From: Neocallimastix sp. 'constans'
Lineage: Eukaryota
Direction: 5' to 3'
DNA length: 64,000 nucleotides
Assembly (NCBI GenBank): GCA_050613775.1
Contig: JBODTK010000014.1
Coordinates: forward strand, 186,001 to 250,000
The notes under the pieces are model-generated. The model did not search any database and was not told where the DNA came from. It saw nothing but the letters and a program-made list of their open reading frames with translations. Every line of letters starts with the position of its first letter. Position 1 is the first letter of the stretch. This document shows, piece after piece, positions 38,554 through 51,383 of this stretch. The position numbers and the translations under genes were made by a program.

Positions 38554-40350
38554 TCAATCAAAAATAGAATTTCTTGGATGTATAATATTTTCTTCTGGAT
38601 TAATTTGAATACATTGACTATTATTCATTTCTGAATTTAAACCATAAAGAAATTTTTCATCCTTTTGTAACCCAAAGTCTTTAATTTTAAAATTATAAAT
38701 CATTTCTTCAAGATATTCTTTCTCATTTTCACCTATTTCAAACTTTTGTAATAATAAATCTCGTTGAATTAACATTATATTATATATATTATTTTTATCA
38801 TTATTATTCATAAAATCTAAATTATAAAGTTCGATATCTAATCTTTTTAATTCATTCATTATAATTTTTTGTTCATATATTAAAGAAAGTAATCTGTTTA
38901 CTGCATATGAACTTTCACAATTACTATTATATGGATATAAAATTGATGATTGGTATTGTAATGGTGATTGTAATAGTGATTGTTTGTCATTATTTGTAAT
39001 ATCATCTGAAATAATACTTGAAGGCGATGGATATCCATTATTTCTGATATCATTTGTATTATCATATGAATTGTTATTTAATAATTCATTTGGATTACTT
39101 GATGGAATTTCATCAGAATTATTTGAGAATGGAGAAAGACATTCATAATTGTTCATTACAGGATAGTCTGTAGTAGATACCGATCTTTGTTTTATATCGA
39201 TATCGATATTACTATTTTCATTTGGAATATCAGACAAAATAGGATAAAATTGTTTTAAATCTTCAACTAATTCTTCAGTTTCTTTTATTAATTCAACATT
39301 TTCATCTTTTTTGACCATTATGGAATTAGAAATTACGGAATTAGAAATTACGGAATTAGAAATACCATTTTCATTGTATTTATTGGCATTTCTTCTTTCT
39401 TGGCAAAAATTTAATCCAAATGTAAAAGTGTCCTTAAGTTTATATTGATCATTTTCTACATTGTAATAAAACATAGATTCAAAATAATAAGGAAAAATAC
39501 TTTCCTCATTATTTATCATATATTCTTCTTGCTTTTTAAGAAATGATTTTTCTTTCCTCTTCGTTAATTGTTTATAACTTAAAAGAGTAAATGGTTCACT
39601 TACTAGCATCTCCTCATTTTCTTTAACAATGATTAAAAAATAAAACCAAAATCCATTTTGTATAGCAGTAGTGTTTGTTTGAAGTTCAACTTCAACAATA
39701 TTTGAATCCATTACATTATTTCTGTCAATTTCTCCAACTAACTTTAAATTTACATATTGGTTGATGTATTCACTATTTTTGTTTTTAATGCTTTCTTCAA
39801 ATTTTAAATTTTTGAAGGTTTGCTTTAATTTCTTCATAGTTGTAGTATTTTTGTTTCCTATACGTAAACCCAATTGATAGATTTTTCCATTCATATTTCT
39901 AATATCATTAAATTTTATATTTAAATGGACTGGTTTTCCAATGGTTATCTTCTTTCTTTCTTCTCCATTCTTCTTTTTATTTTCATTTTTCATTTTAATA
40001 GCTATTTTTGTTGATTTTTCCAATTTCATTTTTCTTCTTTCATTTAATTTCTCTTTCACAATATTTACAGCTTCTGTTTCTTTATTATTTTCTAAGTTAA
40101 TATCATCATCCTTATAAACTAATTTTTTTATATAGCTATTTAAATTTATTTTATTTTCATAACGGAATCTACCACAACTTCTAACTACATTTGGTATATC
40201 TTCTATAAACTTTGAATGACCATATTTATTACTAAGTTTAATAAAATTTTTGATTTCGCAATAAGCTGTAAAATTTGCAAAATCATAATTTATGCTGTCA
40301 TATTTATCTAAAAATGTAGATAAATAATTTAATATCTCAAATACACTCAT
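38554..40350 (-). CDS. Uncharacterised 598-aa protein, copy 2 (paralog of 18142-19911)
   Basis: N-terminal ~330 aa nearly identical to copy 1. The C-terminal half has in-frame indels, and AGA>TGA removes the last 4 residues. Confidence 0.85.
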   Translation of the reverse strand: MSVFEILNYLSTFLDKYDSINYDFANFTAYCEIKNFIKLSNKYGHSKFIEDIPNVVRSCGRFRYENKINLNSYIKKLVYKDDDINLENNKETEAVNIVKEKLNERRKMKLEKSTKIAIKMKNENKKKNGEERKKITIGKPVHLNIKFNDIRNMNGKIYQLGLRIGNKNTTTMKKLKQTFKNLKFEESIKNKNSEYINQYVNLKLVGEIDRNNVMDSNIVEVELQTNTTAIQNGFWFYFLIIVKENEEMLVSEPFTLLSYKQLTKRKEKSFLKKQEEYMINNEESIFPYYFESMFYYNVENDQYKLKDTFTFGLNFCQERRNANKYNENGISNSVISNSVISNSIMVKKDENVELIKETEELVEDLKQFYPILSDIPNENSNIDIDIKQRSVSTTDYPVMNNYECLSPFSNNSDEIPSSNPNELLNNNSYDNTNDIRNNGYPSPSSIISDDITNNDKQSLLQSPLQYQSSILYPYNSNCESSYAVNRLLSLIYEQKIIMNELKRLDIELYNLDFMNNNDKNNIYNIMLIQRDLLLQKFEIGENEKEYLEEMIYNFKIKDFGLQKDEKFLYGLNSEMNNSQCIQINPEENIIHPRNSIFD

Positions 40351-41949
40351 TTTTTATTATTTTTCAAAATTCTTTAAAGTTTCTTTTTTATAACTTTTAT
40401 TCCTGTTTCTTATTTACTTATTTTTTTTTTTTTTGTAAATAAAATTTTGAAACGAGAAAACAGAGATATTTATATACTTTTTTATACATATATATATATT
40501 TTTATTATTTTTATTTTTTAACAATCAACTCTTATAAAATTATTGTTAAATTTAAAATAATTATATTTATAATAATATTTATATTATAATAGAATTCTAT
40601 TATAATATAAGAAAAATTATATATAAAAGATCAAAATTATAAATTAATAAATGATAGATGATTTGTGAATAAATTAATTTTCTTTTTTATAATATTTGAT
40701 TAAATTTTATTTTTATAAGCAAATAATTTTTTATTTTTATATTATATAAATATATATATATATTAAAATTAATATAGTTTTCAAATAAAACAGAATTTAT
40801 TTAATATCTTATTAATTAATTATTATTAAAGATATTTTTTATTATTAATATACTATTGTTTTTATTTTTTAACCTTTAGTTTTTATTATTAATATACTAT
40901 TGTTATTATAATTAAATATATATTTATTAATTCTCTAAAATTATTATTATTTATAATAATAATAATATTAAAGAATTAATTATATAATATATAAATAATA
41001 TTAGATTAAAAAAACAAAATGAAATAATATGCATTTATTATCCTATTATAATAATTCATATTCAATTAATTAATACATAAAAAAATATTTTCATTATTAT
41101 TACGATTTTTTTAAAAAAAAAATTAAATAATAATTTAAACATAAAAAAATATTTTCATTATTATTACGATTTTTTTTAAAAAAAAATTAAATAATAATTT
41201 AAATATAACATTATTTTTCCTTTTATCACTACGATTTTTTTTAAAAAAAAATTAAATAATTAATAAATACAATAACATTATTATTTTAATTTTTTTATAA
41301 ATTTTATATTTTATTGTTAAATATTTGTTCTTTAAGTATATGTATGTTTTTTATAAAATTAATTTTTATTTTTACAATTATTCTTTTCATTATTAATATT
41401 TATTAAAGAATTTAAAAAATAATTATTTTATTTTTATATATTTTTGTGTATTAATCCTAAAATTTGAAATTTAAATTTTGATATAATATATAATTTAGTA
41501 TTTCTTAATATAGAGGATAAAAAATTATTATATTAAATTCATAAATATAAATATTTTATTAAAAGCAATAATAATATCATATTATAATAAATAATATTGT
41601 AATTAAAATGATAAATGATAAAAGTATACATAGTAAAATAGAAAAAAATGATGATTAATGTTTATTTTATAATTATTTACATGAATTTTTATATATATAT
41701 CATTTTATTTTTTGGTAATTTAATATATAAATGATTTGTGAAGTTTAATTATTTTAATATAATTTTTATTCTATTGATTGAAAATTATTTAAAATCTCAA
41801 AAATATTCAATCTATATTTAATATTTTTAATATTTTACTATTTATCTGTACCTTATATTTGTATTTCTACTAAATAAACATTTAATCCAAAGCCATAATA
41901 ATATCATATTATAATAAATAAATATTTAATTAAAATGTCAAAAATATAC

Positions 41950-41981
<32 letters not shown>

Positions 41982-42824
41982 TGATAATAATCATATTTTA
42001 ATGATATTTTATTAATTACTCTCATTAATATATTTATATAAATTTTTTCGAATCATTTTATTATTATGTAATAATTATATGTTAAATTTATATACTATAT
42101 AAATATTTAATCAAAAGCCATATTTAGAGATATATTTATATAAATTTTTTCGAATCATTTTATTATATGTAATAAAGGTAATTTTATCTTTGTTAATTTA
42201 ATAATCGAATAAATGATTTGTGAAGCTTAATTATTTTAATATAATTTATTTTAATGATTGAAAATTATTTAAAGTCTTAAATAGCAAAAAATATTCAATC
42301 TGTTTTTTCTTATTTAATATTCTACTTTTTATCTGTACTTTATATTCATATTTCAACTTATTATTTAATTTTATTAAGGACGTTATTATTTTAATTTTTT
42401 ATAAATTTTATATTTTATTATATTTTATTAAATATTTGTTCTTATAAAATTTTTTATAAATTTTATATTTTATTATATTTTATTAAATATTTGTTCTTAT
42501 AAAACAAATATTTAATAATAAAATAAGTATTTATAAAGAATATTTATAAAGAAATTTTATTATTAAATATTTGTTTTATAAGTATATATATGTTTAATAT
42601 TAAAAAAAATTATAAAAAAAAAATATTTTTTATTTTCATTATTATTCTTTATATAATTTAATATTTAATTAAAAGCCATAATAATATCATATTATAATAA
42701 AAATAAAATATATAATATTTTATTTTATCCTTTATTAAAAGAATTTTTATTTTTTCCAATTTTTTAAATTTTTGTCTATGTTTTTATTTTATATAAATTT
42801 TTTATATTAATATATATTATATAT

Positions 42825-43050
42825 TATAAATAATTAATATTTATAAAACATTAAATATGAATCATTTAAAAAGTAAAATTTTTATTTTTTTTTTTTTTAT
42901 AAATAATTAATATTTATTAAACATTAAATATGAATCATTTAAAAAGTAAAATTTTTATTTTTTTTTTTTTATAAATAATTAATATTTATTAAACATTAAA
43001 TATGAATCATTTAAAAAGTAAAATTTTTATTTTTTTTTTTTTTTTTTTTG
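42825..43050 (+). repeat. 3 x ~72-bp tandem repeat with poly(T) ends
   Basis: aacattaaatatgaatcatttaaaaagtaaaattttt occurs three times. Confidence 0.8.
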
Positions 43051-43929
43051 AATTTAGATATTATATAAATTTTAAAAAATATAATTTTGTAAATAATTTA
43101 TAAATAAAAGTAATTTTTTTTTTTTTTTTAAAAATTACTTTTATTTATAAATTATTAAGTATTTACAATTTATTTTTTAAACATTCATTATAATTTAATT
43201 TAATATGTTAAATATAATATTACTAAGGATAATCGGGAAAAAATAAATATAATTAATATATATATATATAAAATCATTTATGAACGTTTTTTTATAATAA
43301 TTTTATATAATAAAAGTCAAATTATATAAAATATATAATTATAAATAAAAATAAAAACAAAATAATCAGTAGTTAAACAAAAAATTTTTTTTATATTTAT
43401 TATTTTTTAAGTTTTCTTTATTAAATCGAATATTTAAAATAATTTGGTGTAACATATTAATTTATTTTTATTATTTTAAATATTTTATTTAATAAAGAAA
43501 ATTTAAAAAAAATTAATAAAATAAAAAAAAATTTTTTTTTAAATATATAATTTATAAAAAGATTAATGTAATATTAAAAATGCCTTTAAATATTTAAATT
43601 TAAAATATATTTATGGTAATTTCTTTAATCTTTTTTTGTGTATCAATGTAAATAAATCTATTTTTAGCTTAAAATACAATATTTTTTAAACCAAACTATT
43701 TTAATGAATTTTATTAATATTTTTATTAAATATAAAAAAATGGATTTTTAAAGTAATTTTAAAAATTTATAAATAAAGTAATTTTTTATTATTATAAAAA
43801 TTTATAAAAAGGTAGAAAAAATCGTTAAAAAAAATTTTTTTAGTATCATTAAGATAATCATTTATATAATTATATTTATAATTAAAAAAATATATATCTA
43901 AAAAAAATTAAAAATAAAAATAAATAAAA

Positions 43930-44224
43930 ATGTTTTCAAGAATTAATATAACATTTTATTATTTTGCTCCACTTTCTGAATGTATTGGAGTTTCACCATA
44001 TCAAAGTACATCCAATGAGGCATTCAAAATAATTTAAATAATGGAGAAATTAATTCCTCCAATGAAAATAATAAAAATAATTCTATAATTATCTCAAATA
44101 ATGCTAATAATAATTAATCAACAATTAGTATTAATAAAGAAGCAGAAAATACTTCAAATGCTATTACGCTTCATTCCAGTATCATCTATCTATTGCAATT
44201 GCTATTTTATCTTTATTATTTTAA
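43930..44224 (+). pseudogene. CE4 deacetylase pseudogene (copy C), catalytic domain deleted
   Basis: ATG TTT TCA AGA ATT AAT (the CE4 start) joins after ~40 nt to ccactttctgaatgtattggagtttcacc (PLSECIGVSP, equivalent to ~15009). Frameshifted tail; promoter and 3' flank are homologous to copies A and B. Confidence 0.9.
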
Positions 44225-44329
44225 TCCAAATGACCCATTTAATCAAATATTTAATGATTATTAAATTAATTATTGGTTAGGTTATTTTGAAAATATTTTA
44301 TTTTTAAAATATATTTTTAATATTAAACA

Positions 44330-44657
44330 TTTTTTTTTTTTTAACTGTAGCAAACTTGTTTTATCTTTATTAATTAAATATTTGATAAAATACATGTAAT
44401 AAAATAATAATAAAAAAAAAAAGATAAAAAAATAAACAAAAAATAAAACACAAAATAAAATAAAATAATGGTATAATATATTCTAGTTTCATTTAATTAA
44501 TATTTGTAAGACTTCACAAGGGCATTATTATACTGAAGTATAATAATTAATTTTGACTTCGCAATGTTAATCCTAATTTTAAGATACAAAATTATGATCT
44601 TCATTGGTTGTGCTAGCCCTGCTGGCCTGTCTTACTGTTTCTTCAGCATTGACACTC
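44330..44657 (-). mobile_element. 5'-truncated poly(A)-tailed retro-insertion (LINE 3' end, SINE or retrocopy) with 15-bp TSD
   Basis: TSD ttttaatattaaaca at 44315-44329 and 44658-44672; T13 at 44330-44342; AATAAA on the minus strand at 44366-44371. The insertion is absent from the homologous site at ~15348-15370. Confidence 0.82.
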
Positions 44658-45120
44658 TTTTAATATTAAACAAATCTACAATAATATAATTATATATAAC
44701 TATATAATTATTAATTTTAAAAATTCGGTTATTGTATACCAGAAAATGAATTACCATTCATTTTAGAAATTTTCATTGAAATAATTTATTAAAAATAATA
44801 TATATAGAATTTATACCATTAAATATATGAAGTTAAAATATACCTAGAAATATATATTATATAAAATAAATTAAAATTTATATTAAAATGAAAATTATAA
44901 TATATCTTTAAATAAAATCTTAAAAAAAATAATAAAAAAATAATAATTAAAAATATAAATATATATTTTTGATTTATGATATATCAATATTTATCTAAAA
45001 ATCTCAAACTTTTTTAAAAATAATAAAACTAATAATCATATTAATAATTTATTATATATTAAATTAAAGTTACAAAAGAAAAAAAAAAGATATATAAATA
45101 ATATATATATATATAAAATA

Positions 45121-46592
45121 ATGAATAGTTTTCAATTTTTAGTTGCTTTAACCGCTTCATTTGGTGGTCTTCTTTTCGGTTATGAAGTCGGAATGTCATT
45201 CTGGTTATGGACGCTTTCCGTATCTTCTTTTAGATTCTTCAGTTGGAATGGTGATGCTCTTGATGAAAAAGGTAATGGTATTAAGGGTAATGAAGAGAAG
45301 ATGTATCGTAAATTAAAAGAAGCTGGAAATAAGGTTACTCTCGAAGGTGTTATTACCTCCAGTTTTGTTCTTGGTGCTCTTTGTGGTGCTCTTATGGCCA
45401 CCTATCTTGGTGAGAAGTATGGTCGTCAAAGAACTATTATGATCGGGGCTTGTATTTTCACTTGTGGTGCCATCATCCAAGGTTTATCTGTTCGTACTTG
45501 GGTTATGATTGCTATTGATCGTCTTATCACTGGTCTTTCCATTGGTTGTAATGGTGTCCTTTGTCCAACTTATATTTCTGAAGTCGCTCCAGCTATGATC
45601 AGAGGTACCCTTTCTTCTTGTTACCAACTTTTGGTATTATTGTTGCTGCTACACATTAATTCTATCGTCTAATGTTAGACCATCAGGTTTAGGCACTCCA
45701 AGAAACGATATATGGGAAGAAGTTTCCAACTTTGAATGGAGATTAGTACTTTTATTCCAAGTTGTTCCAGGTCTTGGTCTTGCCACGCTCATGCGTTTCC
45801 TTCCAAAATCACCACGTTGGTTATGTTCAAAGGATCGTGATGAAGAAGCGGTTGAAGTTTTAGCTAAACTTAATGCTGCTTCTACTTCTGATAAACTTGT
45901 TCAAAGTGAGCTTAAAGCCATTCAAGAAGATGTTGCAGCTACTCGTGCTGCTGGTTCTTCTTCCTTCGGTGAACTTTTCAGTCCTGTAATTCGTCGTCGT
46001 ACTTTCATTACTTTCTTAATGCAACTCTTCCAACAATGGACAGATATTAATGTCATTATGTACTACCAATCACAAATCTACAATGAAATTGGTTTCACTA
46101 AATTCATGTCCATCGTCGTTCTTCCAATTATTAACAATTTCGTCAACTTCATTTCTACCTTCCCAGGCTTTCATAAGAGTTGGTCCAACAAATGCAATAA
46201 TCCAGTTGTTAAGGAAATTAGAAACAATTCCAACAGCTGACCCTTTAACTCTAACACGAAGTGGGAAAACTTCAGCTTGATAAACCCATGGAACTGGTTC
46301 CCATGTCCAGGCAAACGAGAAGATCATAAGGAAAATACTAGCAACTGCTAAATATTGCCATAATTTATCTTTTCTCGTTTGAGATGTGGAAGACCATCAT
46401 TATAAGAGATCCAATAACTAATAAAGTCTTACGACCTAATCTTTCAGTACCCCACATACCTGGTCTACCAAAACTTTCCTTCTTTTTGCAGCAGCCTATC
46501 TTCTTGCTTGGATTTACTCTCAACTCTATGTTATTGAATGCAAGGGACTTAGTATTGATGAAATGGATGCAAAGATGGCAGGTAAAACATAA
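45121..46592 (+). pseudogene. MFS sugar-porter family transporter pseudogene with frameshifts and a 301-bp internal inversion (46163-46463)
   Basis: Plus strand: GGLLFGYE, EKYGRQ, PTYISEVAPAMIRG, PKSPRWL, QLFQQWT.IN. Minus strand: ERLGRK, PVPWVYQAEVFPLRVR. Plus strand again: ECKGLSIDEMD, then TAA at 46590-46592. Confidence 0.9.
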
Positions 46593-46599
46593 ATAGCTT

Positions 46600-46737
46600 A
46601 AATTCATGATAACAAATTCATGATAACAAATTCATGATAACAAATTCATGATAACAAATTCATGACAATAATTTCATGACAATAATTTCATGACAATAAT
46701 TCCATGACAATAATTCCATGATAACAATTTCATGACT
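46600..46737. repeat. 10 x 14-bp tandem repeat (aaattcatgataac and variants)
   Basis: catga recurs every 14 bp from 46605 to 46731, just after the MFS stop. Confidence 0.9.
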
Positions 46738-49700
46738 ATCAAATACAATTAAAACTAAAAATTGAAAATACAATATTAAGTAAACTTTTTTTAAAAGAAA
46801 AAATAAACTTAATTTTGAAATTTAATTAAATATAGACAGAAAAATTAATTTTGAAATTAAATTAGTTATAGATAATAAAAAGAAGTTATAAAATTTTAAT
46901 ATTACTAATCTATTAAATGGGACATAAAATTTAATTTTGAAACTATATTTTTAAAATTAGTTAATATAGAAAATATTAAATTATTAATACCAATTGCATA
47001 AAGAAAAATACTAGTTTTATTATAATTAATAATATTATAAAATATATAAATATATAACAAATGTAAATTTATTGTAAAAAAAAAAAAAAAAAAAAAATAA
47101 ATACAATGATATTTAAAAAATAAATATAATAAAATTATATAAAATATATATTAAAATAAAATTGAAATTATATAATATATAAAATTCAAAAAAAAAAAAA
47201 AAAAAAAAAAAATTAAAGAAATATATTATAAAAAATACCTATAAAAAAACTTTAAGAATTAATTTGTAAGTACACATATATATAATTAATAATTTTTATT
47301 TAATTAAAATTAAAAAAAAAAAAAAATTAATAATAAAAATAAAAAAAAAAAGGAATAATATTATGCATGTAATAAACACTAGAATACTTCAAATTAGATT
47401 ATCTATACATATCATATCAATATTATATATACAATAGTTCAATGAATGCTGAAGTGTGAAATCTGATAGTACTTCTTTTATCTCATTCATCATTAATTGT
47501 TGGATTCTTAAATATATTTTAAAAAAAAATATGGCGTTTGATTATAATATAAACGCCACATTGTAAAATACAACTTTCCAAAAATTATAACACATTCATT
47601 TAAAAATAATAACAAATTAAACTTTATTTTAAGCATAATTTATTTATTTATTTTTATTTATATATATATAAATATTAATTTTTTGGCGTTAAATTAAATT
47701 AATTTAAAAGCCACATTACCTAATGAAACTTTCCAAAATGAAACACATTTTTTATAATGAGTCATATCGAATATTTATCCAAATTTCATTGTGGAGATTT
47801 TTTTCATATTAAATCTTTTTTCTTTTTTTAAATTATTTATTATTTATTTCTTATTTATTTCTTACCTATTATTCATTATTTGCTATATAATACTTTATAT
47901 TATTTAATGTCAATAAATTATTGAATAATAAATAATAAATAATAAATAATAAATAATAAATAGTAAATAATAATAGAATAAATAATAAATAATAAATAAT
48001 TAAATAATGAATAAAATAAATAATAAATAATAAATAATAAATAATAATAAATAATAATAATAATAAATAATAAATAATAAATAATAATGAAACATTATTT
48101 ATATTTAATTAATAACAATTAATTATGTATATAAATAAAATATTTTGTATTTCAAATATATTAATTTTTAATTTATATTTAACATATAAATGTTAACATA
48201 AAATATATTTTTTTAGTCAATAAAATATTTCATCAAAAAAAAAAAAAATGGCTTGTACAACCCAATTTTCAAATAATATACAATATTAAATTAAAAATAA
48301 AATTAATGAAATCCACATATTAAAATGTTAACTACAAATTTATAATTTATATTTTGAAAAGCCACAACTTAATATTAGTTAATTTACTATTTATAAAAAA
48401 AATTTTAAAAGTAAATAAAAAAATAAAAACTGTATATAATTTATTTTAAAAATTAATCATTTCTTTTAAAAACTAAAAAAGTTCAATTGTATAAAAGAGG
48501 AAGTTTTTATATTATTCAATTGGCCATTTATTTATTTTTAATTTTAAATGCTTTACTGTAAAATACTTTTATTATTAATCTTACTGTAAATATTTTTATT
48601 ATTAAATTTTAGAAAAATAAAAATAGAGAGAGCATTTATTTTCAAACATCCATTGAAAATTATTTTTAATAATCGACTTGCATATATAAATAATACTTTA
48701 ATAAATAATAAATAAAATTATATAAAAATTTAAATAACAAAATTAAAAATAATAAATAAAATGATATAAAAATTTAAATAACAAAAAACAAAATAAAAAA
48801 AATTATCAAGCCTATTTTGTACGATATTAAAATATTTAATAATAAATAATTATGAAAATTTTGTGTTTTTCTTTTTTTTTTTTTTTTTTTTTTTTCTTTT
48901 CTATTCTTTTTTCTTTTTCTTTTTCTTTTTATTTTTTTTTTCTTTTTCTTTTCTTTTCTTTTTTCTTTTATTTTTTTTTTTCTTTTATTTTTGTTCTTGT
49001 TTCAAAGCATTTGTAACCTTATTTCTATTTAATTAAGCAAATAATGAAATAATTATTTATATTTGTTTCATAATCATTTAAAGATTTACGATCGAAAAAT
49101 TTTAAATATAGATTAATATTTTTATTTATTTAAATATTCAATATATATTATGTTAAATATATAAAAAGTTAAACCCATTTATATTTGAATCTACATAAAA
49201 TAATAATTTTTTATATTTAATTATACATAAAATACTACATAAAATAATACATAAAATAATACATAAAATAATACATAAAATAATATTTTAAACATAAAAT
49301 AATTCTTAAATTTTACATAAAATAATTCTTAAATTTTATATTTTCTAATATATAATTTATCAATAGACATAAATAATATATTAATATATTAATGTAATAT
49401 ATACAAATTTATGGAATGAAATGTATAATAATCAAAAATGAGCAAATAAATTAATTCTGTATAAACTAAAGTTTAATATTTTAAAATAATAGATTGGTAT
49501 ATGATAAAACGGAATATCTTATTTGGGATTAATGTATTATAATGTAATGTATTTATAATATGCATGGCATAATGTATTGGTATAAAAGCATATAATTTAG
49601 AATAATCTAATATTTGTAACTCTTTATCCTAAAAATACATTAATTAAAGTTTACAAATTTATAAACACTAAATTTGTGACTCTTAACATATTTTATCACC

Positions 49701-50054
49701 TATACCGTTCAATTAATTTATTTTTCTTTAATTAAAGTTTAATTAGTAACTTTAATTATTATAAATTAATAAATATAAAAAAAAATAATGGGATACAGAT
49801 TATTAAAAAAAAAAAATTAAAAAGTTCCAAACTTTCACTATTTATTTTACTATAACTATAATAATTACAATTATAATAGAAAAAAAAAAATGAAATAATA
49901 TTTACTAAATAATAAAAATGTCCAGATTTAATATTAATAAATTAAATATAAATTGAATAAATATTAATTTATTATAAAATTAATTAAAAAGAATACTTGA
50001 ATCAAGCCACAAAAAATACTTCCAATGACAATTTAATAATAAATAGCAAGTAAT

Positions 50055-50460
50055 AATAATAATAAATAATAAATAATAAATAATAATTAATAATTAATAA
50101 ATAATAAATAATAAAAAATTAAATAATAAATGATAATAAAAAGAATATTAAATAATAAATAATTGAATATTAAATAATAAAATAATAAAGAATAAAAAGA
50201 ATATTTATTAATAAATAATAAATAATTGAATATTAAATAATAAAATAATAAAGAATAAAAAGAGTATTTATTAATAAATAAATAAATAATAAATAATAAA
50301 AAGAATATTTATTAATAAATAATAAATAATAGATAATAAAAAGAGTATTTATTAATAAATAATAAATAATAAATAATAAAAAGAGTATTTATTAATAAAT
50401 AATTGAATAATAAATAATAAAAAGAGTATTTATTAATAAATAATAAATAATAAATATGAA
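50055..50460 (+). repeat. AATAAAT-based satellite with aaaagagtatttatt higher-order units; reverse-complement versions at ~59020-59180 and ~61180-61670
   Basis: Read directly. Confidence 0.75.
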
Positions 50461-51383
50461 TATATAATACATAAAAACAATAAATAAACATAAAACGTAA
50501 AACACAAATTAAATAAAATAAAAAAATTGAAACATAAATTTAAAATAATTGTTATGATTCATATTAGTGAAATTTTCTATTGTCAACAAATTTTATAATC
50601 TAATTAAAAGTTTATAATTATAATAAAAAAAATTTTTTTTTTTTTTTTTTTCTTTTGGAAAGTATCAATGGAATAAAGGAATTTTTATATAATATATATA
50701 TATTTTTTTTAATTTATATTTAAATAAAATTTAATATTAATTTAATTGATCTACAATCTAGTTTTTTCTTTTTTTTTATTATATATAAAATTAAAATATC
50801 ACATTTTTCATAAAATTCTTGATTTCCACATATTTATTTATATATATATATATATTTTTTTTTTCTTTATTTTACTATTTTACTTTTTTTTTTTTTTTTT
50901 TTTTGTATTATTTAAAGATAATTATAAATAATTAATAAAGAATATAAATTAAATAAATAAATAAATAATAATAAATGTGTGTGGAAAATGTAATATCCTT
51001 TTTAACAACAGAAACACCTAACACATAAATCATAATTATAGATATTATAAAAAATATTTGGAAAAAATATATTACAATATAATATTATATTTATATAATT
51101 AATAATTAATTACAAATATATTATTTTTATCATTTCAATATTTAAAAAGTCATTCTAAATTATTTATTCAATATATAAAATATTATGATTATTATATTTA
51201 TTATAAATGTAATTATATTACATATATCTTTTGATGTTCACTATTTATTAATTACATGACAATAAAAAAATATTTTAAAATATAGATAATTTTAACCATT
51301 AATTATTGTTAATAATAATATTTATTTTAAATTTAAATTCCTTATAAATTTTATAAAATTAGTTGATATTTAAATAGTTAAAA

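Noticed and set aside
46163..46463. Programmed phase-variation switch in the transporter
   Set aside because: Only 5-bp inverted ends, no recombinase nearby, and independent frameshifts would leave the gene dead in either orientation.
47430..47522. Short frame KSDSTSLSHSSLIVGFLNIF* resembling a GPI tail, or a C/D snoRNA
   Set aside because: Too short, no upstream exon, and no canonical RUGAUGA box.
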